A DNA stretch of 64,000 bases, taken from the NCBI GenBank assembly GCA_951812955.1, contig OX638340.1:3424001-3488000 (forward strand), given 5' to 3'. This document shows, in pieces, positions 1 to 10,299 of this stretch. The stretch comes from an uncultured Gemmatimonadota bacterium. Its GTDB lineage: Bacteria > JAAXHH01. Each line of letters begins with the position of its first letter. Position 1 is the stretch's first letter. The notes under the pieces are model-generated. The model was not told where the DNA came from and made no database searches. It saw only the letters and a list, made by a program, of their open reading frames with translations. The position numbers and the translations under genes were made by a program.

Positions 1-165
1 GATCATCCAGTAGGAATCGCATTTACTCTTTCTGTACCCGAAAACGCGGCGAACGGCGAGCTTCGGGTCACGCTGAGTCACTATGATGACACACCCAAGG
101 ATGGTGTGAACCCGAGCGACGAGACGGACATCGACGTGATTTTCCAGGTCTTTGTGCGCCCGTAG
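1..165 (+). CDS. 3' end of an upstream CDS (partial, hypothetical protein)
   Basis: Open frame 1 runs from the window edge to TAG at 163-165 (…VTLSHYDDTPKDGVNPSDETDIDVIFQVFVRP*). I recognise no domain. Confidence 0.35.
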   Translation, partial: DHPVGIAFTLSVPENAANGELRVTLSHYDDTPKDGVNPSDETDIDVIFQVFVRP

Positions 166-216
166 TACGATCGCAGTTGTGAACTTATCGAGGAAACGCG
201 CGCCAGGGATATACAT

Positions 217-2568
217 ATGAACGTAACAAGAATCCTGTGTGCCATCCTGGCGATTGCCTTGTCCGGCATCGTTATTCTCGCAGAGGCGCGGGCCGCCACG
301 GTGCGCGGCAAGGTGCTGGACGAGACCGGCGAGCCGTTACAGGCCGTGACCGTTGCCTTTTCCGTACTAGAAATCGGGACGTTCACAGACGAGCGTGGCG
401 AATTCCGCCTGGAGAATGTACCGCAGGGCAGCCACACAATCGAATTTCGATTCGTCGGCTACCGGACGATCCGAAGCGAGATCCTCGTCACCGAAAACAG
501 GGCGACCGCGCTCGAAGTAACCATGGAGCCGGAACCCCTTATCGGCGAGGAGGTCACCGTAACCGGCGACCGCGACCTGGCAGGAGAACTCACGGGTTCC
601 AGCCAGTCCGTACTCGTACTGCCCCCTTCGGCCCTGGAAGAACGCCGCGGCCAGACGCTGGGCGAGACGCTGGAGTCCCTGCCGGGCGTGTCCAGCCTGA
701 CCACGGGTCCCGCTGTTTCAAAGCCCGTGCTGCGCGGCGTTCACAGCGCTCGGGTGCTGGTGCTCAACGCCGGGATTACCCAGGAGGGACAGCAGTGGGG
801 CGGGGACCACGCCCCGGAGATCGATCCCTTTTCACCGGCTCGCATCGAGGTACTCAAAGGCGCCGCCAGTGTTCAATATGGCGCCGGCGCCATCGGAGGG
901 GTCATTCGCATCGAACCCCCGGAACTGCCCACGAGACCGGGAATCGGCGGCAGGATAAACTCGAACCTGTTTTCTAACAACAGGCAAGGCGCAGGTTCCG
1001 TGATGGTACAGGGCGCCCTGCGCCGCCTGGCGGGACTCAAGTGGCGGGTGCAGGGAAGCCTGCGGCGCGCGGGGAACGCCCGGGCGCCGGTCCACGTCAT
1101 CCGGAATTCCGGTTTCGACGAGCGGGACTATTCCGCCGCCCTGGGCCTGACGACGGACTGGATGGACACCGAAGCTTATTTCAGCCATTTCGGTACCTGG
1201 ATCGGGATATTCAAAGGCGCCCACATCGGCAATACCACGGACCTGAGAAGGACCATCGAACGGGGCGACCCGAGCATCGTGGGCTCCTTCACCTACGAAA
1301 TCGACAACCCTCGCCAGCGGGTGGATCACGACCTGCTGTCGCTTCGGTCCCTGATACGTTTAGGGAGAAAGGGCAATCTCGAGCTTCGTTACGGCCAGCA
1401 GTACAACCGGCGTGAGGAGTGGGACTCCCAGGCCCGGGGCGGCGGAGCGCCGCCGAAACCCGGCTTCTCCCAGGGCCTGCAGACCCATAGCGGGGAAATG
1501 ATCTTCCAGCACCGCAACATTGGTAACTGGTACGGCAAATTCGGCGTCAGCGGCATGCGCCAACGAAACACGCGCTTCACCACAGGGTTTCTGATTCCGG
1601 ACTTTCAGGCCTACAGTTTCGGCGTGTTTGCCCTGGAATCCTGGACTAAGGGCAGGGCCACGGTAGAGACCGGGTTGCGCTATGACTACCGGTGGATGGA
1701 GATCTACTCTAACGAGGGGCGTCGCGCCACCGAGATTGTCGAGGGGGGCATCCACACCTACAGCAACGTGACGGGGGTGCTTGGCCTGATCTACGAACTG
1801 GCCCCGACCCTGGCAATTGCCGCAAACGTCGGCCGGGCCTGGCGTCCGCCGGGGGTGAACGAGTTGTACAGCCACGGTGTCCATCACGGGACGGCACAAT
1901 TCGAGGTCGGGGACAAGGAACTGGGCACGGAAGCAAGCCTGAATACGGACCTCACCCTGCGTTACCGAGGGGAACGGGGCCGCGGCGAACTGGGGGTATT
2001 TCGTTCGCAATACAGTAATTTCATCTCGCTTTTGCCGGCAGACGACCTCGTCTTGACAATTCGGGGCGCATTCCCTAAATTCACCTACGTCCAATCCAAC
2101 GCGGTAATACAGGGATTCGACGGGTACCTCGAGTACGATCTGACGAGGTATATGGACACCTACCTGTCCGCCTCCCTCGTCCGGGGGCGGGATACGGCCG
2201 AAGACCAGCCCCTGTACCAGATGCCGTCCACCCGGTTAATCGCCGGCCTGGATTTCCATCTGCCCACTACCGGGCGACTACTGGAGGCCGGGATCGGGTT
2301 CGAAGGACGCTTCGTCATGCAGCAGAAAAGCTTTCCCGAAGGAATCGATTACGCGGACCCTCCGGCCGGCTACAGCCTCTTCGACGTACACCTGCACGCG
2401 GAATTCGCCGTAGCCGACCAACCGGTTCGCATGCAATTCGGAGTACATAACCTGTTCAATGAGCGGTACCGGGACTACCTGAGCCGTTTCAGGTACTTCA
2501 TTGACAACCCGGGCCGCAACATAACTTTCGGCTTGTCCATTCCCTTCGGACAGCCCATGGAGGAATAG
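217..2568 (+). CDS. TonB-dependent outer-membrane receptor (CarboxypepD_reg-like N-terminal domain + plug + beta-barrel)
   Basis: 783 aa. Signal peptide MNVTRILCAILAIALSGIVILAEARA. N-terminal VRGKVLDETGEPLQAVTVAF... motif typical of the CarboxypepD_reg/TonB-receptor family. Plug region (VLKGAASVQYGAGAIGGVIRI). Long beta-barrel ending in an aromatic-rich C-terminus. Confidence 0.85.
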   Translation: MNVTRILCAILAIALSGIVILAEARAATVRGKVLDETGEPLQAVTVAFSVLEIGTFTDERGEFRLENVPQGSHTIEFRFVGYRTIRSEILVTENRATALEVTMEPEPLIGEEVTVTGDRDLAGELTGSSQSVLVLPPSALEERRGQTLGETLESLPGVSSLTTGPAVSKPVLRGVHSARVLVLNAGITQEGQQWGGDHAPEIDPFSPARIEVLKGAASVQYGAGAIGGVIRIEPPELPTRPGIGGRINSNLFSNNRQGAGSVMVQGALRRLAGLKWRVQGSLRRAGNARAPVHVIRNSGFDERDYSAALGLTTDWMDTEAYFSHFGTWIGIFKGAHIGNTTDLRRTIERGDPSIVGSFTYEIDNPRQRVDHDLLSLRSLIRLGRKGNLELRYGQQYNRREEWDSQARGGGAPPKPGFSQGLQTHSGEMIFQHRNIGNWYGKFGVSGMRQRNTRFTTGFLIPDFQAYSFGVFALESWTKGRATVETGLRYDYRWMEIYSNEGRRATEIVEGGIHTYSNVTGVLGLIYELAPTLAIAANVGRAWRPPGVNELYSHGVHHGTAQFEVGDKELGTEASLNTDLTLRYRGERGRGELGVFRSQYSNFISLLPADDLVLTIRGAFPKFTYVQSNAVIQGFDGYLEYDLTRYMDTYLSASLVRGRDTAEDQPLYQMPSTRLIAGLDFHLPTTGRLLEAGIGFEGRFVMQQKSFPEGIDYADPPAGYSLFDVHLHAEFAVADQPVRMQFGVHNLFNERYRDYLSRFRYFIDNPGRNITFGLSIPFGQPMEE

Positions 2569-2571
2569 TAA

Positions 2572-4878
2572 ATGTCTTGGATCTGCGCCTGCATGTATGA
2601 TTTATTCGCCTGCGTGCGCGCACCGGCTGCGCCTTGCATCAAGCGTGCGGCGACCGCGTTCTGTATGGTCGCGCTGCTGTCTATGCAGTCCGCAGGCACT
2701 GCATCGGCACAGGAGCGGGAACTCGTACCCCTTCGCATCCTGGAATCGCTGCACATGGACGGGGTGCTGGACGAGGGCATCTGGCAGAACGCCCTGGCGG
2801 CCAGCGGTTTCACCCAGCAGCGTCCCGACGAAGGGCAGCCATCGACCGAGCGGACCGAGGTGCGGGTCCTCTACGACGAGCAGACCCTGTACATCGGCGT
2901 ATGGGCCTACGACTCGGACCCTACCCAGATTATCGCCACCCAGATGGCCCGGGACGGCGATCTGGCCGACGACGACTACTTCCAGATCATCCTGGATACG
3001 TATATGGACCGGCAGAACGGCATTCTTTTTGCCACCAATCCCGACGGCGCCCGCTATGACGCCCAGGTCCGCAACGAAGGCCGGTCAGAGGGGCGCTTCA
3101 ATACCAACGTCCTGACGGACTGGAACGGCGTGTGGGACGTATACACCTCCCGGAACGAGGAGGGGTGGTACGCCGAGATGGCCATTCCCTGGAGCACGCT
3201 GCGCTTTGAAACCGGCGATGACGTCGATTTCGGCATAAACCTGGAGCGCCAGATCCGCCGCCGCAACGAACAGGCCTTCTGGGCGCCCGTCATCCGGCCT
3301 TTCAACATCTCCCAGGTGTCGGTTGCCGGGACCCTGGCGGGCATGAACCTTACGCGGCACGACCACCGCTACCTGCAGGTCACCCCCTATTCACTGGGCG
3401 GCGCCACCTGGACGTTCCAGCCCGGGACGACCGAACGGGACGACGACTTCGATGGCGGGGTGGACGTCAAGTACGGCCTGACCAACAACCTGTCGCTCGA
3501 CCTGACGTACAACACGGATTTCTCCCAGGTGGAAGTGGACGACGCGCAGGTCAACCTCACCCAGTTCAACCTGTTCTTTCCCGAAAAGCGGGCTTTTTTC
3601 CTCGAGAACGCCGGGCTGTTCCGCTTCGGCGTGGCCCGGGAGACGGAGTTGTTCTACAGCCGAAACGTCGGCCTGGTGCGCGACGCAAGCGGAACCTTGA
3701 GACAGGTGCCGATAACCGGCGGCGGCCGGCTGACGGGCAAGGCTGATCGCACGAACCTGGGCTTGCTGCTCATGCGGACGGGTGACGAGCGGTTCGGGGA
3801 CAACAAGATCGAGGACAATATTTACGCTGTGGCGCGGGTCAGCCAGGACGTGGGCGAGAAATCAAATGTCGGGTTCATTCTGACCAATCAGCGGGTCGGC
3901 GGAGGGGACTACAACCGGGCGGCCGGTGCCGATTTCAACCTGGCCATCGGACCGAAACTGGCCGTCAGCGGTTTCCTCGCCGGGACCACCTTTGAACAAG
4001 GCGAAAGCAGCGAATCGGGTTTCGCGGGACGGCTGTGGTCGCGCTGGAACGGTCCGCTGTGGCAGTTCGAGGGTCTCTACATGGGCGTGTCCGAGTTCTT
4101 CGATCCCGGTATGGGTTTTTTCAGCCGCAGGTCCCTGGCCCGGAACTTCGGCGGGTTTCACGAGGTTTCCGCCCGTGCGTTCTTTACGCCCGAGCCCACG
4201 AACAGCATCGTCCGGCGGTACTTTCCCCATATCGTGCTGTCCGCCACTTTCGGGGACGACGGCACGCAACTGACCCGGCGGGAACACTACCACTGGGAGT
4301 TGTTCTTTACCGGGGGCGAACAGGCGGGGATCACGCTGGACCGCGCATACCGTCGAATCAGCGCGGACACCCGGCCCATCCTGGGCGTCAAGTTGCCGGT
4401 GGGGAATTACACCGATGCGTCAACGCGCATGCACTACACGACGAACCTGAGCAAGCCGCTGTTCGCCGACTTTCAGCTTATCCTGGGACAATACATCAAC
4501 GGCGACCGCCGCTCGCTGAATCTCGAAGGCGGCGTGCGAACCGGGTCGAAGTTCGCGATCGGACCCCGGTACGAGCTGAACGACGTGACGCTCACCGATA
4601 CCGCCAATATGGAGCGGGAGGTCACCACCCACCTCTTCGGCGTCAGGACCAGCTATTCCTTTTCACCCGATGTATCGCTCAACGCGCTGGTGCAGTGGGA
4701 TACCAACCAGGACCGGTTCGTATCGAATTTCCGGTTCAACTACATCATCAGTCCCGGCAGCAATCTTTACGTCGTGTACAACGAGAACCGCGACAACGGG
4801 GACATGACGGACGCCCTGCTGGGCGATCCGCTGGACCGGACACTGATCGTCAAGCTGGCCTACCTGTTCGATATTTGA
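2572..4878 (+). CDS. CBM9-like / DUF5916 family protein (secreted, carbohydrate-binding-family-9-like N-terminus)
   Basis: 768 aa. Residues LHMDGVLDEGIWQNA... resemble the CBM9/DOMON-like start of DUF5916 proteins that commonly follow TonB receptors. The start is uncertain (alternative in-frame ATGs at 2596 and 2665). Confidence 0.55.
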   Translation: MSWICACMYDLFACVRAPAAPCIKRAATAFCMVALLSMQSAGTASAQERELVPLRILESLHMDGVLDEGIWQNALAASGFTQQRPDEGQPSTERTEVRVLYDEQTLYIGVWAYDSDPTQIIATQMARDGDLADDDYFQIILDTYMDRQNGILFATNPDGARYDAQVRNEGRSEGRFNTNVLTDWNGVWDVYTSRNEEGWYAEMAIPWSTLRFETGDDVDFGINLERQIRRRNEQAFWAPVIRPFNISQVSVAGTLAGMNLTRHDHRYLQVTPYSLGGATWTFQPGTTERDDDFDGGVDVKYGLTNNLSLDLTYNTDFSQVEVDDAQVNLTQFNLFFPEKRAFFLENAGLFRFGVARETELFYSRNVGLVRDASGTLRQVPITGGGRLTGKADRTNLGLLLMRTGDERFGDNKIEDNIYAVARVSQDVGEKSNVGFILTNQRVGGGDYNRAAGADFNLAIGPKLAVSGFLAGTTFEQGESSESGFAGRLWSRWNGPLWQFEGLYMGVSEFFDPGMGFFSRRSLARNFGGFHEVSARAFFTPEPTNSIVRRYFPHIVLSATFGDDGTQLTRREHYHWELFFTGGEQAGITLDRAYRRISADTRPILGVKLPVGNYTDASTRMHYTTNLSKPLFADFQLILGQYINGDRRSLNLEGGVRTGSKFAIGPRYELNDVTLTDTANMEREVTTHLFGVRTSYSFSPDVSLNALVQWDTNQDRFVSNFRFNYIISPGSNLYVVYNENRDNGDMTDALLGDPLDRTLIVKLAYLFDI

Positions 4879-5004
4879 TAAAGTCGCATTTAAGGCTGGA
4901 TCTTCGCGCGGCCGGGTCGCAACGTGCGGCCGGGTCGCAAACGGTGGCGCGAAAAAACCTTCCTGCAGTCCGACTCGGGACCACTACATGCTCGGGATCA
5001 CTTC

Positions 5005-5364
5005 ATGAACGTACTCGGCGGATCACTCACCGGCTGTTCGACGGACCCCCTGACCGGGTTCTACCGTGACGGAGCGTGCAATACCGGTTCGGGCGATTCC
5101 GGCGTCCACGCCGTCTGCGCGGTGATGACCGAGGAGTTCCTGGTTTTTTCCAAGGCGACCGGAAACGATCTCAGCACACCCGTGCCGGCCTTCGGCTTCC
5201 AGTGCCTCAAACCCGGTGACCGCTGGTGCGTGTGCGTGAACCGGTGGAAAGAGGCCTACGACGCGGGCGTGGCGGCGCCGGTCGTACTGAGCGCCACCCA
5301 CATCATGGCCCTGGAGTTCGTGACAATGGACGAATTGCGGGCGTGTGCCGTTGAAGAGGCCTAG
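5005..5364 (+). CDS. DUF2237 family protein
   Basis: MNVLGGSLTGCSTDPLTGFYRDGACNTGSGDSGVHAVCAVMTEEFLVFSKATGNDLSTP...GDRWCVCVNRWKEAYDAGVAAPVVL matches the conserved Cys pattern of DUF2237. The ORF track began at an upstream in-frame ATG (4924). The internal ATG at 5005 fits family length. Confidence 0.7.
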   Translation: MNVLGGSLTGCSTDPLTGFYRDGACNTGSGDSGVHAVCAVMTEEFLVFSKATGNDLSTPVPAFGFQCLKPGDRWCVCVNRWKEAYDAGVAAPVVLSATHIMALEFVTMDELRACAVEEA

Positions 5365-5503
5365 GAAGAAGCTAGGGAGAGGCGTAGGGAGAGGCGTAGG
5401 CTGATCTGTTTTATTTCCTTGATTTTACCGGACGTACTCATTAAATTTGAGCGCTGATTGGTAAAACCGGCATTCTGAAGATACGTTCGCCTGGGAGTAC
5501 AGC

Positions 5504-5665
5504 ATGGCCAAGAGCAAAAACCGTGACCTCGTAAAACTCAAGAGCACGGAAAGCGCGCATTGTTACTACACGAAGAAGAACCGGCGTAACACGACCGCCC
5601 GCGTGGAACTCAAGAAGTACGATCCCACGCTGCGGCGGCACGTCATGTACCGGGAGACGCGGTAA
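5504..5665 (+). CDS. rpmG: 50S ribosomal protein L33
   Basis: 53-aa [56 protein letters not shown], below the ORF-track size cutoff. Classic L33 sequence. Sits directly upstream of rpmB. Confidence 0.8.
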   Translation: MAKSKNRDLVKLKSTESAHCYYTKKNRRNTTARVELKKYDPTLRRHVMYRETR

Positions 5666-5688
5666 CGGCGTTCCTGGAGGTTTATCCG

Positions 5689-5928
5689 ATGTCAAGAAAA
5701 TGCAAGTTGACCGGAAAAGGACCCCTGGTCGGCTACAACATTTCCCACGCACATAACAAGACCAAGCGGCGTCAGTATCCCAATCTCCAGCTGAAGCGTA
5801 TCTACGTGCCCGAACTGGGCCGGACGGTGCGCATCAAGATGTCCGTCAGCGCCCTGCGGACGGTCACGAAGATCGGGCTGATGCCTTTCCTGAAGAAACA
5901 GGGACTGCGGCTGCAGGACGTGCTGTAG
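5689..5928 (+). CDS. rpmB: 50S ribosomal protein L28
   Basis: [34 protein letters not shown]... is the canonical L28 N-terminus. 79 aa. Confidence 0.85.
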   Translation: MSRKCKLTGKGPLVGYNISHAHNKTKRRQYPNLQLKRIYVPELGRTVRIKMSVSALRTVTKIGLMPFLKKQGLRLQDVL

Positions 5929-5939
5929 AATCCGGTCTC

Positions 5940-6455
5940 ATGTCATCGAAAAGCGCTTCGTTCCACAAATCCCTCGCCGCCGAGCGCGGGCCTCTGGGCG
6001 TCGCCGTCGTAACGGTGAGCGATTCCCGCACGCCTGAAACCGATACCAACGGAAATTACCTCAAGGGGTGCATCGAAGAAGCGGGCCACCGGGTCGCCGG
6101 CTACCGGCTGATCCGGGACGAGCCGGACGAGGTGGCGGCCGCCCTTGAATCGTCGACCGGCGAGGACGTGCAGGTCGTGATATTCAACGGGGGCACCGGG
6201 ATCTCCCGGCGGGACCGGACCTTCGACGTGCTGGACCGCAAGCTGGAAAAGCCCCTTCCCGGATTCGGCGAGATCTTTCGCATGCTCAGTTACGAACAGG
6301 TCGGTTCCGCGGCCATGATGTCCCGCGCCACGGCAGGCGTGTACCGCAACACGGTGGTCATCTCCACGCCCGGCTCTCCCGCCGCGGTGAAACTCGCCTG
6401 GGAGAAACTGATCGCACCGGAAATCTCCCACATGGGCTGGGAACTGACCCGGTAG
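5940..6455 (+). CDS. molybdenum cofactor biosynthesis protein, MogA/MoaB family
   Basis: 171 aa. [19 protein letters not shown]...[19 protein letters not shown]...STPGSPAAV motifs of the MoaB/MogA fold. Confidence 0.8.
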   Translation: MSSKSASFHKSLAAERGPLGVAVVTVSDSRTPETDTNGNYLKGCIEEAGHRVAGYRLIRDEPDEVAAALESSTGEDVQVVIFNGGTGISRRDRTFDVLDRKLEKPLPGFGEIFRMLSYEQVGSAAMMSRATAGVYRNTVVISTPGSPAAVKLAWEKLIAPEISHMGWELTR

Positions 6456-6572
6456 TCGCCGCAAGCTTCCGCGGACCGGGAACCGAACTGGTGGTCTTCG
6501 ATGGCGGGAACCTGCCCCTTATCGCCGCGGATCGGATCATTTTAAAAGCCGTTTCTACCCACGGAGGTCTTC

Positions 6573-8051
6573 ATGCTTTCTCCGCACCAAGGCAACATAC
6601 TTGGGATCGCGCGCAAGGCGATCCTGCCCTTTTCTCTGTCTTTTATCCTGGCGGCTACACTGGCTGTCGCGCTGGCGATTTCAGCGATCTTCCCCCGCGA
6701 AGTCCGCGCCCAGACCCAGACCGAGGACGAGCAGACTGTCACTGCCATCTTCAATGAACGGTTGACGACAGGCGAGATGTACTACCTCCTCGAAGACCTG
6801 TGCAAGAGCATTGGACCGCGCCTGAGTGGTTCCGAAGGCGCAGAACGGGCCGTGGCATGGGCCAAAGAGGTGATGGAAGGCTACGGATTCGACCGCGTGT
6901 ACCTCCAGGAAGTCATGGTGCCCCATTGGGAACGGGGCGATCCGGAGCAGGTGCGGATCGTCGACGTCGAGGAAGGGATGATCGAGCTGCGTGCCCTGGC
7001 CATCGGCGGATCGGTGCCGACCGCGCCGACGGGGATCACGGCTCCGGTGGTCGTGGTCCACTCCATCGAAGAAGTGGAGGAACTCGGACGCGATGCCATT
7101 GAAGGGAAGATCGTTTTCTATAACCGTGCGTTCGACCAGACCGTGATCGGAACGGGAGCCGGATATGGCGGGGCGGTGGGACAGCGGTCCGCCGGTCCGT
7201 CCCAGGCTGCGAAGTATGGCGCCGTGGGCGTCGTAATCCGTTCGGTCGCCTCTAACTTCGACGACGCGCCCCACACCGGCGGCCTGCGTTATCTCGCGGA
7301 CGTGGAGCGCATCCCCGCCGCGGCGCTGGGTTTCCAGTCCGCCGACCGGCTGGTCCGAGTGCTAGAGGAGCAGCCCGACGCCCGGCTTTTCATGCATCTT
7401 TCCAGCAAGTGGCATCCCGACGCCCTGTCGCATAACGTGATCGGCGAGATCCGGGGCAGCGAACGGCCGGACGAGATCATCCTGGTGGGCGGCCACCTCG
7501 ATTCGTGGGACGTGGCCGAAGGCGCCCATGACGACGGCGCCGGCAGCGTCCACGCCATCGGCGTGCTGCGTACCTTCATGAAACTGGGCATACGGCCCCG
7601 GCACACCATCCGGGCCGTCCTGTTCATGAACGAGGAGAATGGTCTCCGCGGCGGCATCAAGTACGCCGAGGTGGCGAAGGAAACGGGTGAGAAGCACCTG
7701 ATCGCCCTGGAGAGCGACGCGGGCGGATTCAGTCCCAGGGGATTCGGCGCGTCCGTCGACGATGATGTCCTCGAACGGTTCCGCTCGTGGCTGCCCCTCT
7801 TTCCCCAGAACACGATCTCCTATATCAACAAGGGCGGTGGCGGGGCCGACATCGGTCCGCTACGACGGGAGACGGGCACGCCGACCATCGGATTCATCCC
7901 GGATTCGCAGCGGGCGTTCGACTACCACCACGCGCCCACCGACGTTTTCGAGGCGGTGAACCGCCGGGAACTGGAACTGGGTGGTGCGTCCATTGCCTCG
8001 CTCATCTACCTGATCGACAAGTACGGCCTCAAGGGCGAGATGGCCCAGTAA
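6573..8051 (+). CDS. M28 family zinc aminopeptidase (secreted or membrane-anchored)
   Basis: 492 aa. N-terminal hydrophobic anchor, PA-like insert, and metal-binding segment HNVIGEIRGSERPDEIILVGGHLDSWDVAEGAHDDGAGS typical of M28 peptidases. Confidence 0.8.
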   Translation: MLSPHQGNILGIARKAILPFSLSFILAATLAVALAISAIFPREVRAQTQTEDEQTVTAIFNERLTTGEMYYLLEDLCKSIGPRLSGSEGAERAVAWAKEVMEGYGFDRVYLQEVMVPHWERGDPEQVRIVDVEEGMIELRALAIGGSVPTAPTGITAPVVVVHSIEEVEELGRDAIEGKIVFYNRAFDQTVIGTGAGYGGAVGQRSAGPSQAAKYGAVGVVIRSVASNFDDAPHTGGLRYLADVERIPAAALGFQSADRLVRVLEEQPDARLFMHLSSKWHPDALSHNVIGEIRGSERPDEIILVGGHLDSWDVAEGAHDDGAGSVHAIGVLRTFMKLGIRPRHTIRAVLFMNEENGLRGGIKYAEVAKETGEKHLIALESDAGGFSPRGFGASVDDDVLERFRSWLPLFPQNTISYINKGGGGADIGPLRRETGTPTIGFIPDSQRAFDYHHAPTDVFEAVNRRELELGGASIASLIYLIDKYGLKGEMAQ

Positions 8052-8085
8052 GATGCCCGGTAGGAAGCCCGGTAGGAAGAGGGCG

Positions 8086-8676
8086 ATGAAGACTTTCCGG
8101 ATCCTCCTTTGCCTCCTGTTCGTTCCCGCGGTCGAGCCGGTTTTGGACCTAGTCCTGGGTCCGGCATCGGTCCTGGGTCCGGCCCCAGTATTGGGTCCGG
8201 TATCGGTCCTGGGTCCGGCCACTGCGCAGGCCCACGTGTTCTATGTGAGTATCGTCCGGGTCAAATGGAACGCGGAGGAAGCGCGTCTCGACGTGACCGT
8301 GCGGATTTTCACGGACGACCTGGAGGAGGCCATCCTGGCGGAAGGCGGCCCGCGACTGCGGCTCTGGACCGACCAGGCACGGGAAGACCGCGACCGGCAC
8401 GTTGCGGACTACCTGCTTTCCAGGATGGCCTTCCGTGTCAACGGCCAAGAGCGCGAGTTGGCCTATACCGGAATGGAGGACGCGCTTGACGCCACGGCCT
8501 GTCTGGTGCAGATTACGAATGTGGACCGGGTGGAAACGATCGAGGTCGAGAACCGGATCCTGATCGATATGTTCGACACACAGGCCAACGTGATGCGGTT
8601 CGAAGTCGGCGGCGAGAAGAAGTACGTAAACCTGGGCAAGGGAACCGTCAAGGGCCTGGTCCGCTTCGGTTCCTGA
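8086..8676 (+). CDS. secreted hypothetical protein, DUF6702-like
   Basis: Start moved to ATG 8086, which has an AGGAAG RBS (the track started at 8053). Signal peptide carries 18-nt in-frame tandem repeats (VLGPASVLGPAPVLGPVSVLGP). HVFYVSIVRVKWNAEEARLDVTVRIFTDDLEEAIL resembles the DUF6702 family often adjacent to HupE/UreJ genes. Confidence 0.5.
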   Translation: MKTFRILLCLLFVPAVEPVLDLVLGPASVLGPAPVLGPVSVLGPATAQAHVFYVSIVRVKWNAEEARLDVTVRIFTDDLEEAILAEGGPRLRLWTDQAREDRDRHVADYLLSRMAFRVNGQERELAYTGMEDALDATACLVQITNVDRVETIEVENRILIDMFDTQANVMRFEVGGEKKYVNLGKGTVKGLVRFGS

Positions 8677-8728
8677 GGATGTGGCACCGAGCCCTGTCGG
8701 CGGTCCGTCTATGGCGCCGGACGGAGCT

Positions 8729-8862
8729 CGAATGTGACCGATCCGCGTCGCCGGCTGGATCCCGAATGTGACCTATCTGCTGCGACGGCCGAACTTGATG
8801 TGACCGATCCGCGGGGCCGGCCGAATTCGAATGTGACCGGTCCGCGGCGATGGCCAGAATTA
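8729..8862. repeat. degenerate ~34-bp tandem repeat x4 (core gaatgtgaccgatccgcg) between the DUF6702-like gene and hupE/ureJ
   Basis: Four successive units beginning cgaatgtgaccgatccgcg / cgaatgtgacctatctgctg / gatgtgaccgatccgcgg / gaatgtgaccggtccgcgg, seen directly in the sequence. Confidence 0.7.
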
Positions 8863-8872
8863 TGGCGGGAAG

Positions 8873-9445
8873 ATGTCTGAATTTCAAGTCTATCTGCAAA
8901 TCGGTTTCGACCATATATCGGACCTGAACGCCTACGATCACATCGTTTTCATCATCGCCCTGTGCGCCGCCTATCCGCTGAACCGGTGGCGCTCGGTGCT
9001 TCTGCTCGTTACGGCTTTCACGATCGGGCACTCGATCACCCTGGCGCTGGCCACGATGCGCGTCATACTGGTCCCATCGGACTTGGTCGAGACGCTGATC
9101 CTATTGACGATACTGGCGACCTGCCTGATGAACGTTTACCGGCCGTTCGAGGGCAAAATCGGCCGCAAGACAAGTTACGGACTGGCCCTGTTCTTCGGCC
9201 TGATCCACGGCCTGGGTTTCTCGAACTACCTGAGGGCGCTTCTCGGCATGGAGGAATCGATCATCGTGCCGCTCCTGTCCTTCAACATCGGGCTGGAACT
9301 GGGCCAGTTGATGATCGTGGGGCTCTTCACGGTCGCAGCCTTCGTGTTTCTCAGGGTGCTCGGAACGCCGCACCGACAATGGAACCTGTTCGTATCGGGC
9401 GCGGCCGCAGGTGTTTCAGCCATGTTGCTGTTGGGGGCGGGTTGA
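8873..9445 (+). CDS. HupE/UreJ family metal (Ni/Co) transporter
   Basis: 190 aa, 6 TM. Signature GFDHISDLNAYDHIVFII and GHSITLALA motifs of HupE/UreJ. Confidence 0.75.
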   Translation: MSEFQVYLQIGFDHISDLNAYDHIVFIIALCAAYPLNRWRSVLLLVTAFTIGHSITLALATMRVILVPSDLVETLILLTILATCLMNVYRPFEGKIGRKTSYGLALFFGLIHGLGFSNYLRALLGMEESIIVPLLSFNIGLELGQLMIVGLFTVAAFVFLRVLGTPHRQWNLFVSGAAAGVSAMLLLGAG

Positions 9446-9646
9446 AAAGCTGCCGGGGCGGGTTGGCATAGGGGTTGAACATGGCGACGGGACTGGCCTG
9501 ATCCGCGGAGCGGTCGAACTGAACTGGGACAAGTTGTAGAGCTGCCGGGATGAGTTGCGCATGGCGCCGCCCGGGTCGGATCTGCATCGCATCAAGTAAG
9601 CGCTGCATCCGAAAGTCGAATCTCGTGATATGGAGGACGCACCATC

Positions 9647-10075
9647 GTGACGCTGGACACGACGATAGAAGAAGTGCTGGAAGACTTCGAATACCTGGAT
9701 GACTGGGAAGAACGCTACCAGGAAATCATCGACCTGGGCAGGAAGCTGCCGGTCCTGGACGATTCCTACAGGACGGAAGCGTACCGGGTCAAGGGATGCG
9801 TGAGCCAGGTCTGGTTCGTACCCCACGTCGCGGATACCCTGCCGCCCACCATCTCCTTCCAGGCCGACAGCGACGCCCATATAGTCCGCGGCCTCGTGGC
9901 CATCCTGCTCATGGTCTACTCGGGCAAGACCGCGCGCCAGATCCTGGAAGCCGATATCGAAGGCATCTTCAACAGGCTGGACCTCGCGTCCCACCTCAGC
10001 CCAAGCCGAAGCAATGGTTTCCGGTCCATGGTGAAGAAGATCCGGTCCATCGCGGACGCCGCAATGGCAAACTAG
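9647..10075 (+). CDS. sufE: SufE-like cysteine desulfuration protein
   Basis: GTG start. Conserved YRVKGCVSQVWFV active-site cysteine motif of SufE. 142 aa. Confidence 0.75.
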   Translation: MTLDTTIEEVLEDFEYLDDWEERYQEIIDLGRKLPVLDDSYRTEAYRVKGCVSQVWFVPHVADTLPPTISFQADSDAHIVRGLVAILLMVYSGKTARQILEADIEGIFNRLDLASHLSPSRSNGFRSMVKKIRSIADAAMAN

Positions 10076-10102
10076 CTCCTACCTGCCTGATCATCCCCTC
10101 AT

Positions 10103-10260
10103 CGGAACCGTCGCGGCCACTGACCACAGGACTCGATCACGGTTCCGTCGCGGCCACATGACTCGGTCACGGTTCCGTCGCGGCCACATGACTCGGGCAA
10201 GGTTTCGTCGCGGCCACAGGACTCGGGCAAGGTTCCATCGTGGCCACTCAACTCGGCCAA
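10103..10260. repeat. 30-bp tandem repeat (~5 copies) immediately 3' of sufE
   Basis: Unit ggttccgtcgcggccacatgactcggtcac repeated with minor variants. In frame it reads MTRSRFRRGHMTRARFRRGH..., but there is no supported CDS. Confidence 0.75.
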
Positions 10261-10299
10261 TTTACAGTATTATCCACTCGACCCTGTCACGGTGCAGTC

